Counted from the first letter of the stretch, positions 1 through 10,247 are shown. The stretch is 64,000 nt of DNA from Candidatus Cloacimonadales bacterium (GCA_963667035.1 OY762964.1:640001-704000); one strand, 5' to 3'. Notes: generated by a model from the sequence alone, not told the origin. A program made the numbers and translations.

Positions 1-1320
1 ATAATTGAGAGTTCTGGTGAATTAGATGACACTAATATTGTTCCTTATATTCCGAATCATACATATTTAGGAGAACTTTACGAACACTTTTACTATGTTT
101 CGAATAATTCAATGACCTGGCATCAAGCAAAAGATGAATGTGTAAGAATTGGTGGGCATTTAGTAACAATCTCATCATTTGAAGAAAATGCTTTAGTAAA
201 CAATACTCCTGAATGGTGTTGGATTGGTATAACAGATGAAGAAATTGAGGGAGTCTGGAAGGATTTAGAAGATAACATAGTATGGATAGGTGGTGTGTCA
301 GGTTTTTCTCCTAATGGTTTCTATAGTGCTTGGTGTGGGGGGGAACCTAATAATATTGGTAATGAAGATTATGCCCAAACTTTTCATGCTAATTCCTGGA
401 ATGATTGCAGTTCCGATTACATTTTGCAATACATTCTTGAACTTGATGACATTATCTGCATTGATGATAAACCTATAATTCTTAATTCTTTCTGTAGCAT
501 GTCTCATTGTTTCTCAATAAATGCAACAGATCTTGAAGAAGGTAAGTATATACATACAATAACAATATTGTCTAATGTACCAGCTCCAGATGATGTAATA
601 GAAATCCCTGTAACAATAAAAGTAGACTACACTCCACCATTAGCAGTACAAAATGTAGTGTTTGATGAAGTCGAAACAGATTATCACACTTTGAAGATCC
701 AATGGGATGAAAATGCTATTTCAGATAGTGTATACTGCTACAATGTCTATAGAAGAAGAGAGGATAGTAGTAATTGGAGTTTTGTTGGCTCTTCCGAAAC
801 TAATGAATATTTGGATTCTGATTTCATAGGTTTAGATGATTGCAACTTCTATTATAAAGTCACAGCCGTAGATTGGGTAGAGAATGAAGGTGCTGAATCC
901 TCAGAGTGTATGGGCTATCTTATGCGTTTTATGCCACCTGAGATAGTTGAGGATAATATTCTTAATAATCATGACTACCATCTGTCTTGGCATCCTGTAA
1001 CTCAGACGTTGAGTGGGGAATTAGGTACACCTAGTTGTTACGTCATATACTATAATAATATCCCAGTACCGGAAGAAGATTTTATCTTCTTAGCTACGAC
1101 TAATGATACAACTTATGTACACCAGAACATTGGATTGTTTCAAGAACGGATGTTTTATAAAGTTACTGCTTATGGGGGGAGTATGAGAATTATGAATCTT
1201 ATTAAAGACAATCATCCTAGATTTACTTCAGATGACTTACCAGCATTGTTGAGAAGATACAAAGGTCAAAAAAAATCAGATATTGGAATAAAGCGTATCT
1301 CGAAAAGTAGCAATAAATAG
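1..1320 (+). CDS. C-type lectin domain + fibronectin type III-like protein, 5'-truncated by the window edge
   Basis: Frame is open from base 1. TWHQAKDEC..GGHLVTI..EEN, WIGITD, GEPNN and WNDC are CTLD motifs; YYKVTAVD is FN3-like. Confidence 0.75.
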   Translation: MIESSGELDDTNIVPYIPNHTYLGELYEHFYYVSNNSMTWHQAKDECVRIGGHLVTISSFEENALVNNTPEWCWIGITDEEIEGVWKDLEDNIVWIGGVSGFSPNGFYSAWCGGEPNNIGNEDYAQTFHANSWNDCSSDYILQYILELDDIICIDDKPIILNSFCSMSHCFSINATDLEEGKYIHTITILSNVPAPDDVIEIPVTIKVDYTPPLAVQNVVFDEVETDYHTLKIQWDENAISDSVYCYNVYRRREDSSNWSFVGSSETNEYLDSDFIGLDDCNFYYKVTAVDWVENEGAESSECMGYLMRFMPPEIVEDNILNNHDYHLSWHPVTQTLSGELGTPSCYVIYYNNIPVPEEDFIFLATTNDTTYVHQNIGLFQERMFYKVTAYGGSMRIMNLIKDNHPRFTSDDLPALLRRYKGQKKSDIGIKRISKSSNK

Positions 1321-1427
1321 CTCTCTTTATTTAATGATTATCTATAATGATTTTGTTTTGTATATAATCCAATCCGTTATTAGCTTGATCTTAGATAATG
1401 AAAAGGTTGCAGAAGTATCTGCAACCT

Positions 1428-3090
1428 CAGACTGTTGACAAAAACATTCTAATTTACATGGATATATTGTTGAAAGTCATTTTTCTTCATTTTAACTGAG
1501 CCCAAACCTAAACATGCGAGATTTAGCTCTATTTTCGTGTAAATTGGAGTTGAAAATCATGTAATTGATGATAAATTTTGCTATTAATTTCCCTAATTTA
1601 CCTTTGAAAAGGTATTTTACGAGTTTCTTGATATTTTGCACGATAGCTGTTAGATAAGCTTGTTCTCGAACTCGCTCTATTCCTCGATATTTTGCATATC
1701 GGTAGCCATGAAGTTGCTTTGCATTGGCAAAGCTTCTCTCAATGGTTTCTTTTCTCCTCTTGTATATCTCTTTCCCACATAATGTTAACCTATTCTTGTG
1801 GATTATCTCTTTGCTCTCTTCCCAGACATGACGAGTGATTACTTTTTGAGAAGACTTACTTTCTGTACATTTACTTAGCATTGGACAATTCTTGCATTCA
1901 CTAGGATTCGACTTGTATTCTTTATAGCCATCACGGCTCGTTGTTCTATAATTTAACTCTTTATTACATGGACAAATGTAAACATCCTTCCGGGAATTAT
2001 ATGTAAATTTGTTCTTTTTAAATAGACCTTTCTTACCTCCCTGTCTTTTGTAGCCAAGGACTCCCATAATATTCATATCTACCAGTTGCTTACAAATGTT
2101 AATTGTATCATATCCTGAATCAAGCCCTACTGCCTGAACATTAAAACCATAAACCTTTTGTTGGAACTGTAACCTGTCAATATAGCAGGTGCTATCATTT
2201 ACATTGCCGGGAGTAATGTGAACATCGGTTATATAGTTCGTTTTATGGTCGACTGTCCTATGATCTAAGTAGAAGAAGCCTTGAGGCTTTCTATCACGGG
2301 TCATAAAACCACTATCGGGATCTGTTGTGCTAGACTTGATATTTTTTACTTTAGGTGATGCTCCTCCTTTAAGATTGTTATCCTTAGGAGGTAAAGGTTT
2401 CTTACCATGAGCCTTCCGATCTTCATCAACGCTTGTGTTAAGATCTTCCAAGTAACTCTTGGAGGATACCTCAACTTCAATATCCTCGAATTTACCTTTA
2501 TTAGCATTTGCCTTTAGATGGGTTGAGTCGCTATAAAGTATCTTCCCATCAACTAATCCATGTTTAATGCCTAACTTCACTATATCTATAAAAATCTCTT
2601 CGAATACGCTGCTATCATTAAATCGCCTTCTACGATTTTGACTGAAGACTGAGTGATGAGGTACTTTATCAGTTAGTCCAAAGCCTAAGAACCAACGATA
2701 AGCCACATTGACCTCAATCTCTTTGACCAATTGTCTTTCCGAGCGAATACCGAATAGATAGCCAATAAAAAGCATTTTGAAAAGAGTAATAGGATGAATT
2801 GGAGGACGACCGGTAGTAGAACAATACAAATGCGCTGTTCTATCTAAAATGAATGAAAAATCTATTACGCTATCGATTTTCCTTAGTATGTGATCTACCG
2901 GTACTAAATCATCTATTATTACAAACTCCATTTGGGACTGTGTGTCAGAAACTTTTTTAAGCATAACCACCTCTAATTATGATGGTTTAAGTATAATCTA
3001 AGGGGGTTTTTGTCAATGATTGATATTCTTATTTTAAGCTAAAAAAAGACAAAGCTATGAAATCTTACTCATAGCTTTGTCAACAGTCTG
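1428..3090 (-). mobile_element. IS1182-family insertion sequence, copy 1
   Basis: 15-bp perfect terminal IRs CAGACTGTTGACAAA (1428-1442) / TTTGTCAACAGTCTG (3076-3090). 24-bp direct repeat AGGTTGCAGAAGTATCTGCAACCT at 1404-1427 and 3091-3114. Confidence 0.92.
1492..2964 (-). CDS. IS1182-family DDE transposase
   Basis: DUF772-like N-terminus (GRPPIHP..LFKMLFIGYLFGIRSERQL), DSTHLKANA, DSGY, RKETIERSFANAK. ATG at 2964 follows GAGGT; alternative start at 2970. Confidence 0.93.
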   Translation of the reverse strand: MLKKVSDTQSQMEFVIIDDLVPVDHILRKIDSVIDFSFILDRTAHLYCSTTGRPPIHPITLFKMLFIGYLFGIRSERQLVKEIEVNVAYRWFLGFGLTDKVPHHSVFSQNRRRRFNDSSVFEEIFIDIVKLGIKHGLVDGKILYSDSTHLKANANKGKFEDIEVEVSSKSYLEDLNTSVDEDRKAHGKKPLPPKDNNLKGGASPKVKNIKSSTTDPDSGFMTRDRKPQGFFYLDHRTVDHKTNYITDVHITPGNVNDSTCYIDRLQFQQKVYGFNVQAVGLDSGYDTINICKQLVDMNIMGVLGYKRQGGKKGLFKKNKFTYNSRKDVYICPCNKELNYRTTSRDGYKEYKSNPSECKNCPMLSKCTESKSSQKVITRHVWEESKEIIHKNRLTLCGKEIYKRRKETIERSFANAKQLHGYRYAKYRGIERVREQAYLTAIVQNIKKLVKYLFKGKLGKLIAKFIINYMIFNSNLHENRAKSRMFRFGLS

Positions 3091-3114
3091 AGGTTGCAGA
3101 AGTATCTGCAACCT
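3091..3114. terminator. Intrinsic terminator hairpin after hcp; IS target, duplicated at 1404-1427
   Basis: AGGTTGCAGA-agta-TCTGCAACCT, a 10-bp perfect stem between convergent genes. Confidence 0.75.
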
Positions 3115-3135
3115 TTCAATTTATCATAATACTAG

Positions 3136-4794
3136 CTATCCAATCAGCTTTTTCATATCTTCTTCTACAGTTGAAATACCACTAATATTAAAGTTCTCAA
3201 CTAAGACATTAACAACATTAGGTGACAAGAAAGCAGGGATTGTTGGTCCGAGATGGATGTTCTTAACTCCAAGATAGAGGAGAGCTAATAGTACAATAAC
3301 AGCTTTTTGTTCGTACCAGGCTATATTGTATGCTATTGGAAGATCATTTATACTTTCAAGCCCAAAGATCTCTTTAAGTTTAAGGGCAATTAATACTAAT
3401 GAGTAACTGTCATTACATTGACCGGCATCAAGTACTCGTGGTATACCACCTATATCTCCAAGATTCAACTTATTATATCTGTACTTTGCACATCCTGCAG
3501 TGAGTATAACAGTATCCTTAGGAAGAGCTTCCGCAAAGTCAGTATAGTAGTTTCTTTCCTTATGCCGGCCATCACAACCAGCCATCACAACGAACTTCTT
3601 TATTGCTCCTGATTTAACTGCATCAACAACTTTATCAGCAAGAGCAAATACCTGTTCATGTGCAAAACCACCAACGATGGTACCTGTTTCAATCTCAGTT
3701 GGGGAAGGAAGAGTTTTGGCTAATGCAATAACTTCTGCGAAGTCCTTTGGCTCACCTTTCTTAGGCTCTGCAATATGCTTAACACCATCGAATCCAACTA
3801 TGTTAGTTGTGAATACTCTGTCTTTATAAGAAGGTCTAGGTGGAATTAGACAATTGGTGGTAAGTACTATTGCACCATTAAATGACTCGAATTCCTTACC
3901 TTGTAACCACCAGGCATTTCCATAATTACCAACGAAATGCTCATACTTCTTGAAAGCAGGATAGTAGTTAGCAGGTAGCATTTCGCTATGCGTGTATACA
4001 TCAACTCCGGTGCCCTGAGTTTGCTCCAATAATTGTTCCATATCTTTCAGGTCATGTCCTGAGATGAGGATAGCCGGATTTTTACGAACTCCAATGTTGA
4101 CTTCTGTGAGTTCAGGGTGTCCATATGTAGAAGTGTTAGCATTATCAAGCAGAGCCATAGCATCTACACCGTGTTTACCACATTCAAGTACCAGAGGTAC
4201 AAGATCACCAACTCCGAGAGAATCGTCTAATGTAGCAAGGAGAGCTTTCTCCATAAACATCACTAGTTCTTTGTTTGTTTTACCTAAATGGAAAGCGTGG
4301 TCAGCATAAGCAGCCATACCTTTTACTCCATAGGTTATGAGTTGTCTGAGAGAACGGATATCTTCATCTTCAGTAGTGAGTATTCCTACGGTAGCAGCTT
4401 TTTCATCGATGTTTTCTTCTGTAACTGTGAAGTTAGCAGCATCGTGGTCTGCAAACTTAACTTCCAAACCCATTTCTGCAATTTTCTGCTTTCCCATCTC
4501 TCTAAGCTCTATGGCTTCCATTATCTGCTTTACGAAGAACTTTCTATCAAAATTAGCATTAGTTATGGTAGAGAACAAGCTTTCCATGAAGAATTTATCA
4601 ATCTGACCACACTGCTCTGCATACTGATTTCTAACTTCTAATGTAGCTCCGTGACGGAAGATTGCAATTCCTTTCAGAGCGTATATCAACAAATCCTGTA
4701 AGTTAGCTACATCACTTTTTTTACCGCACATTCCGTTTAGTGTACATCCTTTGTTACCTAAGGTTTCCTGACATTGAAAGCAAAACATACTCAT
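3136..4794 (-). CDS. hcp: Hybrid-cluster protein (hydroxylamine/NO reductase)
   Basis: [10 protein letters not shown]...GMCGK N-terminus; GHD, HSEMLPA, TTNC, GCDG, GCAKY, GQCNDSY and WYEQKA motifs. Confidence 0.96.
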   Translation of the reverse strand: MSMFCFQCQETLGNKGCTLNGMCGKKSDVANLQDLLIYALKGIAIFRHGATLEVRNQYAEQCGQIDKFFMESLFSTITNANFDRKFFVKQIMEAIELREMGKQKIAEMGLEVKFADHDAANFTVTEENIDEKAATVGILTTEDEDIRSLRQLITYGVKGMAAYADHAFHLGKTNKELVMFMEKALLATLDDSLGVGDLVPLVLECGKHGVDAMALLDNANTSTYGHPELTEVNIGVRKNPAILISGHDLKDMEQLLEQTQGTGVDVYTHSEMLPANYYPAFKKYEHFVGNYGNAWWLQGKEFESFNGAIVLTTNCLIPPRPSYKDRVFTTNIVGFDGVKHIAEPKKGEPKDFAEVIALAKTLPSPTEIETGTIVGGFAHEQVFALADKVVDAVKSGAIKKFVVMAGCDGRHKERNYYTDFAEALPKDTVILTAGCAKYRYNKLNLGDIGGIPRVLDAGQCNDSYSLVLIALKLKEIFGLESINDLPIAYNIAWYEQKAVIVLLALLYLGVKNIHLGPTIPAFLSPNVVNVLVENFNISGISTVEEDMKKLIG

Positions 4795-4833
4795 TGTAAT
4801 ACTCCTTCTTTTTGTGTTTTTAGTGTTAAATGT

Positions 4834-5073
4834 TTAATAGTTAATTCCTGCCGGTTTTACATTACTTGGATCGAATGCGTGGCATGGAGTCACCCCATAA
4901 ACCATTCCACATTTCGGGCATCTGTCTTCAAAGTTTTCCATTTCGAATGTCTCTCCACATTCACATGTCATTTCCATCGGTATCGGCATTGGTTGTTCAG
5001 CAAATCCCATCATCCTGACTTTATCAACGACCTGCTTTCCGTTTTCAAAGCTTCCACTGCATCCTTCATGCAT
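4834..5073 (-). CDS. Small Cys-rich (zinc-ribbon-like) metal-binding protein
   Basis: 79 aa; CECG..CPKCG..TPCH; GGAG RBS; co-oriented within the operon. Confidence 0.75.
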   Translation of the reverse strand: MHEGCSGSFENGKQVVDKVRMMGFAEQPMPIPMEMTCECGETFEMENFEDRCPKCGMVYGVTPCHAFDPSNVKPAGINY

Positions 5074-5119
5074 GTTTAACTCCTTATATTTTAATTATAT
5101 CTTACTATTTAACAAAATA

Positions 5120-6142
5120 TTAGTGTATCTTCTCAATAATCTCGCCGTTTCTTAGTTTCGTTCGATAAGCGAGAAGTGTTTTATCCATATCTTCAAGTGT
5201 TGTAAGTATTTCTCTTTCATTCTCAGTTGTTTCTATTACTTTGTGAATCCCACCATTTTTGATAACAATGCGCTTGTCTCCCATAAGAGCAAGAATAGGA
5301 TCATGAGTTGCCATAAGTACTATTTTATCTTCGGAGATAAGTAGCTTTAAAGCTTCTTTGCGATCTATTCCTGCATTTTCTATCTCATCTATAAGAATTA
5401 TTGGTGATTTGCTTAATATGGCTGTGTCTGCAATCATTAAAGCTCTTGATTGTCCTCCACTTAAGCCTGTAATTGGTGTATCCGGCGTGAAGTGTTCTCC
5501 TGCAAGGTTATTTGCTTTCTCTATTATCTTTTTGATTACAATTTCTTTATTCTCAACTAACCTACTTTCAGCATGAAGTTTAATAAACTCATATACAGAT
5601 AAATCCATAACAAAGTTCATGTTCTGTGATAGTTGGGCTACTAGCTTATCAGATGAAGAGAATCTCCATTTGCTATCTGGTACATTGTTGTTAATAAGCA
5701 CTGTTCTGGAAGTAGGGGTGTCACATTGAGCAACCCATTCGATATCTCCTAATAGTCTGCTTTTACCTGACCCTGTGGGTCCGACTATACAGATAATCTC
5801 TCCCTGATGAATCTCAATGTTATCGAATTTCTCAAGCTTACCGCATTTATCCTTTCCCGGTAGAATAGTCACTGATTTTACAATTTCTTCATTTTGCCCT
5901 AAGAAAGCATTCATCTGATTTATAAACACAGCTATTTGATCATAAAACTGCTCAAGATCCATGACATTATTTTCAATTTCATCTTCATCTAAAAGAGCGA
6001 AGAACTGTTCTAAAGTAAGATTTTCTTTACCAGTTATCACAAGATTGTTATCAGTGAAGTAGGTTGAAAGATATGGATAGCTATCTATCAATTGGGAAAT
6101 CTTACGGATTCTGATTGTTTTATCGGTATAGTTCATATTCAC
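5120..6142 (-). CDS. ABC-type ATPase with N-terminal extension; no cognate permease in the operon
   Basis: Walker A GPTGSGKS, signature LSGGQ, Walker B ILIDE, H-loop ATHD. Confidence 0.88.
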   Translation of the reverse strand: MNMNYTDKTIRIRKISQLIDSYPYLSTYFTDNNLVITGKENLTLEQFFALLDEDEIENNVMDLEQFYDQIAVFINQMNAFLGQNEEIVKSVTILPGKDKCGKLEKFDNIEIHQGEIICIVGPTGSGKSRLLGDIEWVAQCDTPTSRTVLINNNVPDSKWRFSSSDKLVAQLSQNMNFVMDLSVYEFIKLHAESRLVENKEIVIKKIIEKANNLAGEHFTPDTPITGLSGGQSRALMIADTAILSKSPIILIDEIENAGIDRKEALKLLISEDKIVLMATHDPILALMGDKRIVIKNGGIHKVIETTENEREILTTLEDMDKTLLAYRTKLRNGEIIEKIH

Positions 6143-6145
6143 CCC

Positions 6146-6838
6146 TTACTCTCCCAAGTCCATTTTTTTTACGTTACCCATTTGATAATCTTTTCCTATC
6201 CTTGTTTCACCGAGACAGTATGAGCATAGAGCCGATGGCATAGGGAATCTGAGTTCTTTACCGACCAGAGTTTTTACATCTTCTGTTTCATCGAAGAGTA
6301 GTGTTGAGAGTTCAAAACTACCTTGTCCAGTAAGTCCGTTTATATGCATGATTATTGCAGAGGGATTTACGGTTTTTACTCTTGAAGCAAACACTTCTCT
6401 TTCTGCTTGAGAGACGATATCGCCTTTAGTTATAACTACTATATCGGCAGACTTAAGCATTGGTCCGATTTTCTTAGGCGTATTGATTCCGCTTAGGTTA
6501 TCTATTACGCAGATTGCTTTAATACCTTTAACATAGGGTGAACAGCGATTGCATAGTCCTGCTGATTCACTTATGAGGATATCAAATCCTTTTTCTACTC
6601 CCCATTTAGTTACTTCTTCTATATTGCTAATAAAGTAGTGATCAGGGCATAATGCACCCGAAAGTCCTTTCTTAACAGGAATACCGGCTTTTTTATAAAG
6701 CTCGTCATCATCGGTATAAAGGCAATCAAACTTCGCAACAGCAACTTTTAAACCTTTGTTTTTAAGAGATTCAATTGTCTTTAGTATTACTGATGTTTTA
6801 CCGGATGAAGGAGGACCAGAGATTGTTATCAGATTCAT
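6146..6838 (-). CDS. HypB/UreG-like (G3E) P-loop GTPase, putative metallochaperone
   Basis: GPPSSGKT, LCPDH, ESAGLCNRC, TKGD and C-terminal CSYC motifs. Confidence 0.85.
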   Translation of the reverse strand: MNLITISGPPSSGKTSVILKTIESLKNKGLKVAVAKFDCLYTDDDELYKKAGIPVKKGLSGALCPDHYFISNIEEVTKWGVEKGFDILISESAGLCNRCSPYVKGIKAICVIDNLSGINTPKKIGPMLKSADIVVITKGDIVSQAEREVFASRVKTVNPSAIIMHINGLTGQGSFELSTLLFDETEDVKTLVGKELRFPMPSALCSYCLGETRIGKDYQMGNVKKMDLGE

Positions 6839-6841
6839 ATT

Positions 6842-8074
6842 TTACTCCTTGATTAGAGATTCTTCAAAAAGTTGTTCACAATGCTTTATCAGAGATGAGA
6901 TATCGCTACTATAGATGTAATCCCAACCAAGCCACATAAATGTGTTGTCTGAGGGTATATGATTATCAATATCCGGGTGAACACTAGGGAAGAGACCGCT
7001 ATGGGAGAGTATCTTTCCTACTTCCTTTGAGGCAAAGAAGTCAACAATAGGTTGTAACACTTCAATTCTTTCACTTTTCGCAAGCATGAATATGGGACTA
7101 ATTATTGCTCCGTCTTCCGGCCAAATTGCTACCATTGGACCGTTATCCTTTACCATCTTTGTGAAGAAGTACGGCATGATTGTTACAATAGGACGATTCT
7201 CTTTCTGCTTATCACTTTTTACCATTTGGGAAGGATGTAATGACTCGAGTAAACTCCGTCCTAACTGCTTAACTCCTTTGTCTCCATATTGCTTATGAAT
7301 GTTAAGCAGGATTCCGTTGAATAAGTCAAAGTCTCCTACCGGAAGCGATACTCTTTTCTCAAACTCAGGCTTTAGGATATCTGACCATGTTCTAGGCATT
7401 GTTCTGTCACCCAACTCTTTTTTGTTGATGAGAAAGACTGCCGGTACCACACCAATCATGCTATAGTGATGTTTTGGGTCACGGAGATTAATCCCGTCAA
7501 AAAGATCATTGAATGACGGGAGATTAGTTGTATCAACGAAAACGTTTTGACGTTTGAACTTACCAATCATCTTCTCATCAAAAAACATGTCGAATCCGGC
7601 TGATATGAATAAATCAGGTAACTTTCTTGAGTCGGTGATACCTGCTAGATTCTTCTCAATCCATTCTAAACCGGAAGAGGCTGCTTTCAACTCATGATTA
7701 ACCGTGACATCATGCGTTTCTTTATAACCTGAGATGAATTTATTGAATCCTTCTAAAAGCGGTATTCTTACAGGGCAGGGCAGTAAACCGACAATACTCA
7801 AAGCATCCGTGTCACGGTTATTCCTATTTTCGTTAAGAGTGGTATCAATATTATTCTTGGCTGATTCAATGGATTCGTTAAGTAAGTCTATAAAAGTACT
7901 AAGATCAATTTGCTTAAGCATTAATGCCATTTTGAGCGGGATTGAACCTGCAAACTTAGCACGTTTCTCTTTATCACTCATCTGAGTGAATCCATTTGAT
8001 GTAAACACAGGAATAGTCTCAGGATATTTCTCGACTATATGGAGCAGAGTATCATTCTCACTAATATGTCTCAC
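6842..8074 (-). CDS. DUF1858-like domain fused to an ABC substrate-binding-like domain; no signal peptide
   Basis: N-terminal IVEKYPETIPVFTSNGF (DUF1858-like), LLPCPVRIP, and PRTWSDIL / WPEDGA SBP-like motifs. Confidence 0.75.
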   Translation of the reverse strand: MRHISENDTLLHIVEKYPETIPVFTSNGFTQMSDKEKRAKFAGSIPLKMALMLKQIDLSTFIDLLNESIESAKNNIDTTLNENRNNRDTDALSIVGLLPCPVRIPLLEGFNKFISGYKETHDVTVNHELKAASSGLEWIEKNLAGITDSRKLPDLFISAGFDMFFDEKMIGKFKRQNVFVDTTNLPSFNDLFDGINLRDPKHHYSMIGVVPAVFLINKKELGDRTMPRTWSDILKPEFEKRVSLPVGDFDLFNGILLNIHKQYGDKGVKQLGRSLLESLHPSQMVKSDKQKENRPIVTIMPYFFTKMVKDNGPMVAIWPEDGAIISPIFMLAKSERIEVLQPIVDFFASKEVGKILSHSGLFPSVHPDIDNHIPSDNTFMWLGWDYIYSSDISSLIKHCEQLFEESLIKE

Positions 8075-8076
8075 TT

Positions 8077-8439
8077 TTAATCCTTATCGTTTGTTTCAGG
8101 GAAAGTGGTTTTGAATGTAGGTTTTGGGAGTTTCATGACAAGAACTCTCACATCGTTGTCGGTTTCATTATATATGCAATGCACAATATCTTTAGGGCTT
8201 TCAACTAAATCATCTTTAGTAACTATAACTTTTTCTTCCCCAACTAGAATTGATGGTTCTCCTTCCAATATATAGAATACGACATCAACAGGGGTAATAT
8301 GGGGTTTTAGCGATTCACCCGGTTTTAAATGCAAATGCATAATTAAAGCATTTGCTGTATCATATAGCTTTGATGCCATAACACCATGTGGATTAGCAGC
8401 ATTACTCATCTTTGCAAAATTTTTAACAACCACAAACAC
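8077..8439 (-). CDS. Cupin domain protein
   Basis: LKPGESLKPHITPVDVVFYILEG..PKDIVH. Start may be the GTG at 8433. Confidence 0.85.
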   Translation of the reverse strand: MFVVVKNFAKMSNAANPHGVMASKLYDTANALIMHLHLKPGESLKPHITPVDVVFYILEGEPSILVGEEKVIVTKDDLVESPKDIVHCIYNETDNDVRVLVMKLPKPTFKTTFPETNDKD

Positions 8440-8478
8440 TCCTTTAGGTACCGCAATACCTCTTTAGCCTTAAAAAAA

Positions 8479-8880
8479 TTATTGAAAGTCTGAAAGCTTG
8501 ATGCTCTTGAATTCGTCATAGAGCTCTTTCGTAATCTTGTGTATTCTTGAAGTGAAGATACATGAACTAAATGTGCAAACTGTTCTACCTAAAGGACAAG
8601 CACCGAGATTAACTTTACCTTCCATAACTTCATATATTTCTAAGAATGTTATCTCTTCTGCAGGTCTACTAAGTATAAAACCTCCTGCAGGACCACGAGA
8701 AGAAGTCACTATATCAGCTTTACTAAGCTTCTGAAACACTTTTGCCAAATGAGCAGGAGATGCTTCAAGATGTTCAGCCAAGGATTTGACGTTCATCTTA
8801 TTGGGATGATTTTTAACTATCAAAGCCAAACCATGCAAAGCAATCGAAGTAGCTTCCGAAATGTTAATGAAATTAGACAT
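8479..8880 (-). CDS. Rrf2-family transcriptional regulator (three Cys, probable Fe-S sensor)
   Basis: SSRGPAGGFILSRPAEEITFLEIY; CPLGRTVCTFSSC. Confidence 0.92.
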   Translation of the reverse strand: MSNFINISEATSIALHGLALIVKNHPNKMNVKSLAEHLEASPAHLAKVFQKLSKADIVTSSRGPAGGFILSRPAEEITFLEIYEVMEGKVNLGACPLGRTVCTFSSCIFTSRIHKITKELYDEFKSIKLSDFQ

Positions 8881-8902
8881 AACAACTCCTTAATAAATAT
8901 TC

Positions 8903-8918
8903 GGGTACTATAATACCT
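8903..8918. promoter_or_regulatory. Putative Rrf2 operator GGTA-N6-TACC (second copy at 8446-8461)
   Basis: GGGTACTATAATACCT lies just upstream of rrf2; AGGTACCGCAATACCT lies just upstream of the cupin RBS. Confidence 0.4.
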
Positions 8919-9365
8919 AATAGCGATTGCTTGTCAAATTATTTTTAATTTATTGAATTATGAAGATACGTGCAAGAGTAGCTTAAGACCGATTATATGA
9001 TGTGATTAGCATGAGATGAATAAATTTTATCTCTTATCATCAAATTGAGTAACAACCTGCAGAACGTTCTAATTAAATTTGGTTAAAATGAATATTGTTT
9101 AATAAGTACACTGAGTTATATCACTTTCAATTGCCGGATTCTGAAGAACAATTCGAATTGATAATCGTAAACAATAAACAAAATTTTGAATTAAGGTAAA
9201 TTTAGGAGGGTATTCCTAAAAGTGTGTAAATTAATTTATCGCAAATCATATTTTTCTACCCATTTGAAGCAAGTAATTTACTCATTTATAATGATAACCC
9301 GGTTCGGATGTTTATTATTAATTATTACATAACATTGTTTAAAAGAATTAATAAAGCACTATTTT

Positions 9366-9495
9366 CCCACTGTGTTTCCACTGTGAAGGTACTGCTACCC
9401 CGGTGTTTCAGTGAGTGGATAGTGCGTTCACAGTGGAATCACAGTGCAAACACAGTGCGTTGGTTGAGTATGGAGTGTGAGAGAACAGTGAGGGG
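9366..9495. repeat. 11-bp-phased CACTG/CAGTG palindromic intergenic element, copy 1
   Basis: CACTG-like at 9368, 9379, 9390, 9401; CAGTG-like at 9409, 9420, 9431, 9442, 9453, 9486. Same layout at 50635-50754. Confidence 0.75.
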
Positions 9496-9922
9496 TCTAA
9501 AATGACGTATATTATATCGTCCTGAATATAGTATATACATCAATCTCTGATCTCAATTATCAAGTGCATCCTAATCAGTCAACAAAAGATGTACTTATCC
9601 ATAAACTATGAGGAAGACGTTTACTTGCATTTCAGTTACCTTTTTAAGGGATAAATATCTTATATTGTAGTATTCATCCTAGGAAAATAAAGTCCCATTC
9701 GAATACCCGACTCACAATATATTGCTGTAGAAATACATTTAGCTTTTCACTCGGTTAATGGAGAACAAGAAGAATGTTAGTATCAGTCTTTCTAACATAT
9801 TTCTTGAGAACTCTGAAAGCCTTGGATAGTAATGATGTATTTGATGTCTGATCATGTGAGACGTAAGAACTGATAATTTTAACTGACAGTTGAGGAACAA
9901 AATAAGTAATTAACTAATAATT

Positions 9923-10131
9923 CTAATCCTTGATTTTATCAGTTACCACTTTAAGATTCATAATGCGGTTATATGATTCTTCAATACGCTCTTCCGATAT
10001 TTTACCCACTTTCACTAGAGACTTAATTATATTAAAAGCATGTCCCATTATTTCCTCATCAGATTTAGGAGATGCAAAGAGGAGGATATCAACGCCAGCA
10101 TTAACCGATTCCTCCATAACTTCTTCCCATT
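9923..10131 (-). pseudogene. 3'-terminal fragment of beta-N-acetylhexosaminidase (diverged duplicate of about 14318-14499)
   Basis: SVNAGVDILLFASPKSDEEIMGHAF..ERIEESYNRI is nearly identical to the C-terminus of 14297-15397. Confidence 0.85.
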
Positions 10132-10247
10132 AATTGTACTTCCGAGATTACGAAATCTCCATCATTATGATAATCACATGCTTCTACATCACCTGCTTGT
10201 AAATGATTGTTCTTAGAATAAATCCGTACTAACAGATAGATAGTGTG

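Noticed and set aside
9429..9457. CACAGTG heptamers resembling RAG/Transib recombination signals
   Set aside because: No nonamer at 12/23-bp spacing; the conserved core is the pentamer at 11-bp period.
9308..9505. Short ORFs over the phased repeats (also 50570-50767)
   Set aside because: By-products of the repeat; they lie on opposite strands in the two copies and share no protein similarity.
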